From positions 138,694,001 through 138,758,000 of the forward strand of contig OZ260661.1 of the NCBI GenBank assembly GCA_965285935.1: a stretch of DNA of 64,000 nt. Reading direction: 5' to 3'. The position numbers were made by a program, and so were the translations under genes. Positions 40,301 to 52,300 of the stretch are shown here, piece by piece (the stretch's first letter is position 1; each line of letters starts with the position of its first letter). The notes under the pieces were generated by a model. It was not told the origin of the DNA, made no database searches, and saw only the letters and a list, made by a program, of their open reading frames with translations. The DNA is from Ophelia neglecta. Lineage: Eukaryota.

Positions 40301-43300
40301 AAAACCTAGATACCTAACTATTTATAGTAAATCTTTATAACTGACCTTTTGCTTTTCTGATGACTTTAACTCTCGCCCCAGCACTGCCAATCTTGGTTTC
40401 TACCATTGCTTTGAAGTCTATCTTGAACTTGACACCATACTGCTCTGTCCATTCTATGTCAGGCATTTTAGAATCAAAAGCCTCCTCAATCTTAGAATTG
40501 ATTTCTTCTGGATATTCTTTGAAATCACCACTTTCCTCATAGTACCACTGAACCTATGATCAAATCAACTACCTGAATATTGACCACAGCAAGTACATGG
40601 CTTGATCGGAAACACATTAATGTAAAAACTTGTAGAACGAATGTAACAAATAGTTGTATGGCATTATTACCTATGTCTTTGCAATGCATACTTGTGTGGT
40701 TTATTAAAAGGATACACTAGAATTGCACAGATAGCCTGGTAGCCCCACCAATTTTACAATAATAAATGACAAACTGGTAAAGATCAAACAGTAAGTGAAC
40801 AAGGGCCCGCAGAGGCCAGGAGTCCCCTGCTGCAGGATCATGTATGAAAAGGTAAATGTCAATTGGTCATATTACTCATATAAGATGTTATCCTGGACCA
40901 AATAGTTTCAAGATTTGATAATTTTTAAAAAGTCGAAAATTTACCCAAAAGATCTGGTTCAAATAGGTCATAGGTCATTTTTTTATTGTTGCCATTGAAT
41001 TCCTTGACCTTAGTTTGGTAGTAGTAGTTGTTGTTGTTTGGGGTTTTACGTGGCTTTCAACACATATCGGTCATATGGCCACAGTGCCTACCTGTGACAG
41101 TGGGCTCAATGCCCTCTTTAGAGTGCTGCCTCACTGGAGTACCTGCTGTAGACACCAGACAGGGAACCCCAACCAGTCACATTATACTGACACCGGGTTG
41201 ACCAGTCCTGAAACTACCCCCGAAATACCGGGCGCCTGGCAGGGGAGCTTTCAGTACCTATTTTTACGTTTTAGGTTTGACGCGATCGAGCTTTGAACCC
41301 CGATCTACCACTTGCGAGGCGGACGCCCTAACCACTCGGCCACGCTTTGGTGGTATTTGTTAGGTAGTTTGGTAGTAGCAGACATATTATCATTAGCAAC
41401 AACTACTTGATATGAAAAAAAATATGTTTTTTTTTTAGTGGCTGCTGTAAATAACTTTGGAGATCTGCTCCGGAAACGAAAAGCAGGTCCGGAGGCCAAG
41501 GTTTAGGAGCCAAAGGTCAAAATATAGGTCATACACAGCATGCCAGTACCAAGGGGATATTTCACATGTAAGATGATTATCCTGGACCAAATAGTTTCAA
41601 GATAGGATAATTCTCCCTTTAAGGTCAAGGCCATACTGAAAGGTCAAATGTCACAGGTGTCTCAAAAAGGTTAAAAGGCACAAGGATGTAATATAAAAAC
41701 GCCATATGTGCTTTTGTGTGGCTACTATAAATAACTATGGAGATCTTCCTTGGAAATTAAATCAGCTCAAGAGGCCAAGGTTCAGGGGTCACAGGTCCAA
41801 AAATAGGTCATGTGCTGCATGCCAGTACCAAGATGATATCTTTCATGTAAGATGGTAACCCTGGATCAAATAGTTCCACATTTATGGCTCTGGACACTCT
41901 GTGTGTTGGCTGGCCGGATGGATGGTCAAGACCTAAACTAAGAGTCCCCCCCCTTCTTTTCGTGGGGTAGGGAACTAATAATGTATGGTATGTTTGAATT
42001 TACCAATTTACACTTTATTTGGGACATATACATTAGCTATTATTGGCATGTTTCATTAGGAACTACATAGAACTAAATGTGGACAGAAGTCGACGTGAAC
42101 AGTCGAGCGACACCTAGCGGGGTCGCCTGGATGCCTCCGCCAAGAAGTTAATTTGTGGACAAATGATTTTGGGAATAATTGGTCAGAAGCTAAAACATTT
42201 TATATGCCTTAATACATTTTATATGCCTATCTCCTACCTAGAAAGATTTGTCATTGAAAAATAAACCCAAGGTGAAAATCAACGATACCACTGCATTCCT
42301 TGTATACCATATCGTTTTAGTGTTCAAAACATTTTATATGCCCATCTCTCACCGTTAAGATGTGACCTTGATAAATAAACCCAAGGTGTAATTCAAGGAC
42401 ACCACTGGATTCCTTGTATAGGATTTCCTATTAGTGTTTTATACATATTATGTGCCTATCTCCCACCGATAAGCTTCCACAAGATCCCATGTTACTGCAT
42501 TTTTAAATTATTGCCCTCTGCGGCCATCTTGTTTTTCCGATCCCGACCAAAACCGTTTCAGCGCACGGCAATGCCCCATTGATGACTTCCCTGAAGTTTT
42601 GGAATAATCCCTGCATCCGTTCAAGAGATTTCGCGCGACATACAAACATTACCTGATCCATTGTGGCGGCTATCTTGCTTTTCCGATCGGTCAGAAAACA
42701 ATTTGTAATCATCTTCTACTAGCCATAACAAACTTCCATGAAGCCACAAGTGAATTCCTCGAAGCCCTGAGGAGTTATAGCGGTTAAAAGTTGGCACGGA
42801 CGGTTGGTTGGATGGTCGGTCGGACGGACGGACGGACAACCTGACTACATAATGCCTCCGGACCCTTCGGGGCGGAGGCATAAAAGTTGGGGGTGTGAGG
42901 TATAATACCTCAGGATTAAAACCATAATTTGAATTTTAAAGTAGTAAGCACCAATCAGCATTTCTTCCAGTGTGTCGGTCATGGGATATTAAAAACGTGT
43001 TGGCATATCACAATATTTAAGCCAATCACCTCAATTATATATTATTTTACTTTGAAAAATACTCCGCTATTTATGTCCTGCTTGAAATTTGTTAATTGTT
43101 TTTCTTTAGAATGGAGATGGTTGGGGATAGTGTGTTAAGTTCAGGGCGACAGTTTATAAGGATACTCCAATGACAAAGATCTTCATTTTAGGGAACGTGA
43201 GATGGGACCCCTATTTCATGGATTTTTGTATAATTCGAGCTTAGGGTTTCCCTTGATATAAATGTAAAGGTTGATATTCAAAGCGATCATACAAAGTTGG

Positions 43301-46300
43301 GAGTATGTTTGTGTGTGTGTTTGGGGGGGGGGGGGGGTCATAAACAATTTTATTTATAGAGTTAAACAATTGTTAACAAAGATGTGTCCTCTTGTGGGAT
43401 CACGAGTCATATCAGGTGGCTAAAATGTGTGTTAATTTCATCCTGCCTAAGTCCGATGATTATTGTATCATCAGCTGCACACATATTTTATTCCTTCTAA
43501 TGCACATGAAACATTAAATGCGGTCAAACTTGAGCATTATATTAGAATCACACCATAGCATTTCATGCAATGCTATTTCGACAGTTTTTCCAACTTTCGG
43601 TATGTTAACATTCATATTTTGTTTTTAACTGAAATGGAAGATCATGGCCAAATTGAGAAATGCATGTTTGCCTTTTGCTGCATATATCATTAACAGCTCC
43701 ATGCTAAAAATAATACCTTAAATCAATTTTCAACCAGTGAAACAATAGAATTGTAGATTCATGTCCAAACCACAGTCACTGATAGGTTTTTGAATCTATG
43801 AGTTCCTACATAATTGATTGTGTATTGGCATAGTCACTGGTCGTGTCCATGTACCAATCCAACGTGTCCATCCAATTAATGTATTCTCGGAAGTGAAAGG
43901 GGCGAAAGTGCTTGTATACAACTAAGAAACTTCTCCGAGGGGACTAGTCCAAACTATTTGCCCCGAGGGAGGTGACCAGTGAACTATTTCCCGAGACCGA
44001 AGGTCGAGGGAAATAGTTCACTGGTCTCCTCCCGAGGGGCAAATTGTTTGGACTAGTCCCCGAGGGGCAAGTTTATAGTTGTTTTATTATACATCATTGA
44101 AAAATCTTTGCACATTTAACATCTCTATTGGTTCTATGCTCTAGATAGATCTATAGATTGTTTTACCTATTGTTCCATTACTGCAATAAAAATGTACACC
44201 ATTATATGGAAAACAATAAATTTTATTTAAACAACCAGAAGTACCAGGTACAGCAGTCTGACTTCTCAATCACAGAATAAATTACTAGATATAATTCAAC
44301 AGTTTAATAAATTACAAATTAGCTATTGTAGTCATAAATAACAATAAATATTCTATAATAAATTACTAATTGAACAGTTTAATAAATTACCAATAAGTTA
44401 TTGAAGTGATAAATTACAATAAATATTATGTAATAAATTACTAATAGGTTATTAAATAGTGTGCCACTTTAACTTTTAGCCACTTATGCTGAGTAATTAT
44501 TGTTAATATTTATGTTCACCACACAGTCTTTAAATGACATCCCAGTGAGAGATGCATCCATTTTTTGGCGCTTTGACAAATGAACTGATTGTGTGTTTGG
44601 GGCATTGGCTGTGTTAATTATTGGGTTGATAACAATGTCTTCACAGATACTCTCAACAGCCACTTGATTTTCCCTTGCTAGCATAACACCTGTAGAGTCT
44701 TTTGGCATATTATTATCAAACAGATCATCTAAATCTAAAGGGCACATAATATCAAAATTGGGTTCCTGGGGCATAAAGTAAGGCTCCTGACGCACAAAGT
44801 TTGGTTCCATGGGCACAGAATTAGGGTCTTTGGACACAGAGTTAATTTCCTTGAGCACAGATTTATCAGGGTTCAATTTTTCTGATCCTGTGGCTGCACT
44901 TATCGCCCTGCTCATACGAAGCCTTGTGCCCTCCTCAATATGTCTGCTATAAGATCGAATTGAAGCTTCAGACTTGTGGCCAGACACCCCCATGATGTGC
45001 CTGGCTTCAAACCCATGGCTGTCCAGCATGGTAACTGATGTGGCCCTCAGGCAGTGGTTGGTATATTCATGTGACAATTCACATTGAATGGAAAGATGTT
45101 TCATTTTATTATACAGCATATTTTTACCCAAAGGCATATTGTCATACCAGATTGATGAATCCTGAAGTCTAGAACAGGGCCTTTGCCAAAAGTAAATACA
45201 ACTTGGGTTAAGTTTCTGCAAATATTTCTCAAAAGAAATAACAGGGCACTTGGGATCATCCGGAACTGCATACATTCTCCCTTGCTGGCTCTTTGTATCA
45301 TCCTCACCACGGTGATTTTTTGTGAGAGTGTCCTTTGTATACTTGACATATTTGTTCCCTGATGAATCTGTGAATACTTCCAAGTCACTTGCCTTCATTT
45401 CCCTTAAGTTTTCTCTGCCACGCTGACAAAGGTGAAGCATAATGTCGACAAATACTTTATTTTGGAGTCCTGTAGGGTTGCCAATGTCAAGCATGTTATG
45501 GTTATAAAGTTTTCTAAGGTCCTCACGCGTGAGCGGCTCCTTGTGGTTGACATCAGCTTTGCCCTGCTGCTTCAAGTTTACTACTACACCAGCAAACACA
45601 TCGTTGGCAGGCTTGAACTGTGGGTCATTAATAATGTCAATACCTCGTTTCTTGAGAAAACTCTGTTGTATTCCATACCGGATTGTACTAAGGGATTTCT
45701 TCGTATATAGAGATCCGTCCATCTTTCTGGCTTCTGCATAAAATTTAGCCAGCACACTAACAAGGTCGCTGTCTGACATTTCGTCAATACGTGAGATGAG
45801 TTTTTCATTGCAATATGCTTGCAAAACATTTGTTCCGTTTTTTATTACATCTTTGGTCTTCTTTGCGTGTCTATTATCAACTAGATTTTCTACTTCTTGA
45901 TCACTCAATGCTGCAAACCTTGCCATTATCAGATTATTCAGCTGTTATTGATGTTCCGGGATCCCGCCGCGTTTGTTTTACGTTCGAAGTAGAGCTATGC
46001 GCATGGTTTCGTATTTATTGAACCCGCGTTTTCGGCAACATAGTCCAATTTTAAACGTGCAAATATATTTGAATAATGTATATTCTTATTTATTATCTTA
46101 CTTTTTATAAACATGAAACAATTGACTGTAGTTTGTTTGGAAAATACTAATACGACAATAAAAATGGTGGTTTCGTTAGTGAAGTGCGTAAATTAGCCAC
46201 ACGAGGCCGCCACTGCTAGCCATGCGCTAGTTTCACGAACTAGTCCCCGGGACTAGTTCGTGAAACTAGCGTACGGCTGGGAAACTAGGCGATTCTAACC

Positions 46301-49300
46301 AACACCATTCAGCCAATCACAGGGCGGGATTTTTCAATGATGTATAATAATAAAAACTGGCATATGTTATGTTTGTTGCAGATATCATTACATGCAACAA
46401 TAGTTTAATGACTGACATAGCTATTGGTATAAGATTGGTTTTGCTATCACTTCTATTTTAGGGAACAAAGATCGTGTCTGTTGGTTATATTGCCTATAAA
46501 AGGTGACATATCAAGTGTTCGTAAAATATTGAAACAATGAGATTAATTCAGAACACTTGTGTTCATAGTTATGCAGTAAAGAAATAAAGCAGATAACAGA
46601 GCTTACCTGTTTTTTGATCAAGACAGTCTTTGATTTTGCATGTTTTTTTCTATTATTTTCCATAAATATTGCATATATTTTTTCCACAACAGACGATATG
46701 TCATCAGAGATTCCCTGCAGACGGATCCGCTTGACCTTTGGTCTATTTTCAATTGTTATTTTCACCCCATATGTTTGGTCAAGACTCTGAATTCTGGCAA
46801 TCTGCATATGAAATTCAAGAATATAGTATAAACACATTTTCATTGTAAAGCGAGTTCTAAAAACACAAAAAAAGAATTCAAATATTTTCAAAAATGGCAT
46901 CATGGTAGTGTGTCGTTTGAATACCTGTGTTTCATCAAGTTTAGCAATGTTTTCCTGATCAGCTTCCTTGTCCATGACCTTGTCCTTACTCTCATCATCA
47001 CACACATCCTCTATCTCTTTTATGGCTGCGTCTATCTCCACCATAGTTCTTGCACACACACGCAGTTTGGTCACTGGTGCAGGAGATGGAAGGACCTTCA
47101 ATGCCGGGAGCCGCACATTTGGTTCAAGTGACTGAGTGGGTATGTCTACATCAGTCAAACTACTATAGAGCCCAGCTAAATAAAAATGTTGTTACTTAGA
47201 CGGCTACTTAACCACAGAAAGCTAATCATAAACAAATATCACAAGGAACTGTATTAAATAGATAGTTAAGATCGTTATTTTAGCATACATGTCATCCGGC
47301 CCCTTCAGCTTCTCTTTAAACAAAAAAAGACAGAAAAAATTGCCAATCACTCATTTTCAACATAACTTTGGCAACAAAACATAATCCGTTTTCCACCATA
47401 CGTCAATATAATCATGTTAAGCCTATGAGGCTTCCTCCCTGTCCATGTCCACACCGACAATTAAACTATTAAAGAGGTTAATAGAAATGTTTGTTTGAAA
47501 ATTCCCTGCTGAAGAATTCAAAAACTGGAAAACGCCAAAGCATGCAGTTTACTTTAGACTCTCAATGTGTTTTAGCATTGTAGCTGCTAAACTATGATCA
47601 GCAAAGTGACATAAGTGATTTGATGTTCATGATTTTTTAGGGCGTGCGGTATATTGGTGGGTCGACATCAACGCAGCCCGACATAGTCATTAGTGCCCAA
47701 AGGAGAGCCGAGGGTGCTATTTACTATGAAAGGCTGATGCTCTTTGAAGACGGGCCACAAATAAACTGCAGTGCCCCCAAAGAATTCATGTTACTACTAT
47801 TATTATCATCTTCCGCTGCCGATGATGACTAATAAAGACGCAACCTATTTTAAGCAACTGAAACTTAATTTTCACTACTAGCAACGGGCCGACAATGAAC
47901 ATGAACATTCTATGACATAGACATTCGAGGCGGGTCTGATACTGAAGTGAGGCAGCACTATAAAAAGGCAATCGAGCTTACTGTCACAAGTAGGCAGCGT
48001 GGCCGTATTACCGATAAGTGTTGAAAGCCACGTAAAAACCCCAAACAACCAACCAACCTGAGTCTCAATTTGACCCCAAGGCACCCAAGGTCAAATTTGA
48101 GGTCCCTACTGGTTTTCTTGTATATGATTTCCTATCAATGTTCAATACATTTTGATATGCCTATCTCGCACCGTCAGGCCTTAACAAGATGGCATTTTTT
48201 ACCATAGAAAATGATTTCCCTTGGCGGCTATTTTGTTACGATTGGCCCAAAACATTTTTTTCTGGTCAGGGCAATTGTCCATCGAGGATTCCCATGAAGT
48301 TACAAAATTATTCCCACAACGGTTCAAAGACATCACATCCTGAACAAATCCTTACCAACAAACCATGTCAGCCACCTTGTTTTTTATCGCGCCGATTAAC
48401 TCGACTATTTATGCAAAAATTTATCCAATGAAGAAGCAAATACATTGTAATACATCGCAATTCTTGACTTATAGCTTATAGGCTTGGACTTGGACAAGTG
48501 AAGGAAAGAAGACGGAAGAACGTCCTGACTACATAATGCTTCCGGTTCCTTCAGGGCGGAGGCATAGATAACATGTTAATGTACAGAAATATAGGCTAAA
48601 CATGGTGTTAAAAATGATTAAAACAAATATGACATCTTGATTTATGATATTAAGTGTACAGTAAATTATTATTTCATGTTAATTGAGATACTTAAATAGC
48701 AGATTCTCTTTGATAAGTAAACTTATCAATACATATATATATATATACCTGCAGTGGCCACACTTCTCGGAAGAACTGCCTTCTTTGGGGCTGGCGTTCC
48801 GTCTACCAACTCAACCTCACTGTTTCCAAGAATAGACTGCAGACTTTTGTGGAATTGAGCCATTGTTCTTTGCTGGTTGTCAACCAAATATACTTTTCGC
48901 AGTTTAGTGGCTTCTTTCTGATTCTCGCAGTAGTCTTTGATTGCACTTACAATGGTATTGGTGGATATGTGTAGGGGAACTCCAAACACTCCAGCACTGA
49001 GGGCTGGTATACCTACCGAGTCCAACCTTTTCTCAACGGTAAGTGTTAAGCATTGATATATTGCCTCATAAATAAGGTTGATTTCATTCCGATGGCCTCC
49101 CTGCCACACTGGGCCAACAGCATGGAGAACATGTTTACATGGTAGCTTGCCGGCACTTGAGACAAATACTTGACCCTCCAGCATTGTGCCTCCTGATCTT
49201 ATCTTAGTATCACATTCTGTCTGTATTGAGTACCCACCTGAAATACAAATATAAAAAAATGTTTTCCCAGTTGTGTAAACTATGAAGGGGAATGCAAAGA

Positions 49301-52300
49301 GACAAATCACAAATGCCCTTAATCATCTTAGAAGAAAACCCTATGGACATTGGCGATTAGAACTTTTACATACCTTTGTCAACAATTGCTCGGGCTAGGC
49401 CTCCACAATGCTGCAGATTTTTATTAGCAGCATTTACTATGGCTCCCACTTGGTGTGTAGTAAGGTCTCCTAGACACACAAAAACTTCTGTTTCATTCTT
49501 CAGCCTAGCCTTAGAGTATGTTTGGTCTTTACCTGAGAATAATAAAAAGTGTTTTGCTTTATTGCCATTGGTCGAAAGCAGTCCAGTTGTGTACTGACTT
49601 CCAAAATAAAATCAATTGAAACCATTATTCTGAGCACTATGCATAACTTACCCGTGTTTGCATAACATCTTTTTGGAATTCCTGGGTGAGAGTGTTTCTT
49701 CTTTTTTTCATCACCAACCAGCTGTATGGTAACCGAATTTCGACTTTCTACAGCCACGATAAAGTCTTGACCTCTTTTGCTCACAAAGTATTTACCCATT
49801 CCTTAAATGAGGAAATGGTCAGTCTTAATGTTGCCATTGTTGATAAGGCATCCCAACCTTACAACATTTAAGAATGTAGATGCAAACATGATATACCAAC
49901 TTGCCTTATCTATCCAAATAAATCAATGACATTAGGTAGCCAAAGCTTCCAAGGCATACGCGTGCACACGCGTGCACACACGTGCGGGTGCGCATGCGCA
50001 CGTGTCCCCCCATGCTCACAAACACAGTAAAACGTTAAAGTTTAAGAACAGTAAGGTATACCATGCATTACCCTAGATATATTTCCCTGTGGGCCTACCT
50101 GGTTTGTTGACATCATGATCACGGGATACAATGCTACCAATGAGGTCCTGGACCTTTTTCTCTGCAGGGGGCATACCATACTTGTTTCCTTTTACCACCA
50201 TAAGGCATTCATCATCTTCAATCTTGAACTGAATGTCCACTAGCATACTTTTCAAATCACAGACAATCTGACGGATTTCTCCAGCCATGGCTTTCTTGGC
50301 AAATTTGTATTTGCCACTGTCTAAGACGATTGCATGTTCCAAGATAGTATTCTCAGAAATAAAATTCTTTATATCTTCTATGATTAGATTGCATTGGTTC
50401 CAGATAGATGCTACACATATTTGTCCATTATCCGGATTGACATTTATCTCCAAAGTCTCGGGGGAATTGCTAAGTAATTTTTTTCGTAGTTGTCTCCATT
50501 GCTCAGTCTCTAGCACTGTGGAGCCATCTGTCACAGTAATTTTTGCTTCGATGACCTCCTTCGTAATGACATTAACACCGGTCTTCAAGTCTCTGTCATT
50601 CATGGCATACACAGTAAGATCTGTTTTACCAGCATCCCAAATCATGCGCATATTTTTTACCTTAAAAATGTGATCCCGAACAGGTCTTTTTTTCAGCAGG
50701 CGGCAGACACTCTCTGGCACATCAGGGAAGTTCTCAGATACAATGCTATTAACAACTTCGTACATGTGAAGCTTTGCCGAAGTGATGACATTGGGCAAAC
50801 CAGTAAATACTATTTCTGTGTTGGATATTTTGATTTCTATATTTGGTAACACTTCTTTTTCCTTTAGATCAAAACGGATGGCACGCAGCATTAAAAGCTG
50901 GTGTAGTTTCAAGGTAACCTGGAATAACGAGAAATTTCCACATAGTTTACTTCCTTAGGTCAAAAACTGGACATAGTTTTGTTTTAATCAGACTTCAACA
51001 CTTTGAGCATTGACTCTGTTATTGTTGGGTCAAACGTCGGACATACAAACAGCTTACCTTGTTTTCTTGGAAAACATTTATCATACCTGTTCGGTCACCG
51101 ACTTTTTAGCATGGTCCAATTCCTCTTCAAGTTTTCTCTGAATCTCTGTCAGGTGATAAGCCACTTTAAACACCGGCTCGTCCAGTCCCCATATTTCGAC
51201 AGAGCATGTCGAGTCACAGGTTTTTATCTATGAAACATAACAAGTTGTTCAAAAACCAAATGCCTCCCACCAATGAAAAAGAAAGAAGTATGTCCTGATG
51301 TCCACGCCTGGCAAAGTCAAAACATCGAGGCCTTCAATTTTGCATTAAATATTAAGCATGGGCATCAGTTTGTTTATCATTAATGTATTTAATGGGTGGT
51401 CATTGCGTGAAGCCACTGTTTAAACCATTCTTTCGCTCGCTCGTTAGCTGGGCCATTGTATTTATTACCTTACGCATCACTAGCAGTAAGCCGCATTAAG
51501 GTGTCACCTATTGTAATAGATCTGCTCTGCCACGTCTTTGTTGTCCGCCCCAGGAGCGCCCGGTTGGTGTTGGCTGTCCTGCCGGTAATCTGCATGCCAA
51601 CTCCCTGACAGAGTAGCTCTAGAGAGGCGGCGCTATTGGCCGACGTGTTGCGGTCATCCCACGCTTGACCGGACCGCTCCGGCGGCGATAACGCCGGGAC
51701 AGGGTTGGTCGTCAGTTAACAGAGTTCTTTACAGGTTTTATGAGAACTGTTCGTAGATCGTCGCGCATCCCGCCGGCTGCGACGAAACAGATTGACTATC
51801 TCATCTCTATGATGGACGACCTTGGTGAGATTGAGTGGCCGTCAATGAGAACGGCGCACCGTCAAGTGCTCCAGGCAATGGAGCTAGGCACGGTCGGATG
51901 GGACGACCAAAAGCAATTGGTTGAGATAAGAGAAACTACAGTCAGGCGCGCCGAAAGACAAAGGCAGAATTATGTGCCGCCACTGGGTAGACAATCTCAG
52001 CCAAAGCGGGCAAACGTACCTGGAAGTCAGGAGCTTAATCCGTGTCGTGCTTATCAGCAACGCGCGTGTGAAAATACAGATGACCATTACATCGGCGGCA
52101 TTCGCCGCGCGCACGTTTGTGCACACTGCGCTAAGGTCACCGGAAACGCGTTCCGCCATCCTGAGTTTGAGTGAAGACGCAAGGTCATGGCCAGCAGCTA
52201 CCCATCCGCTCATCAGCAAAAAAACGAAGCAGCGGGGGCCCAGGATCGCCAGGCATAAACTCGGACCCCCGCAAAACTGAAAACTGTAATGCATTCGCTG

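Noticed and set aside
41270-41347. Functional tRNA gene
   Set aside because: A and B boxes are present but there is no convincing cloverleaf, and it continues into a SINE body and tail with a second copy in the window.
44484-45926. Bacterial/phage integrase contamination or a domesticated KCTD1/ZMYM host gene
   Set aside because: It lies inside a spliced animal gene, has DUF3504-type motifs, full catalytic residues and element-like termini, and lacks BTB or MYM domains.
46511-47158. Single 215-aa exon
   Set aside because: It contains a stop-free 123-nt GT-AG intron (46802-46924) with low-complexity translation; two exons fit better.
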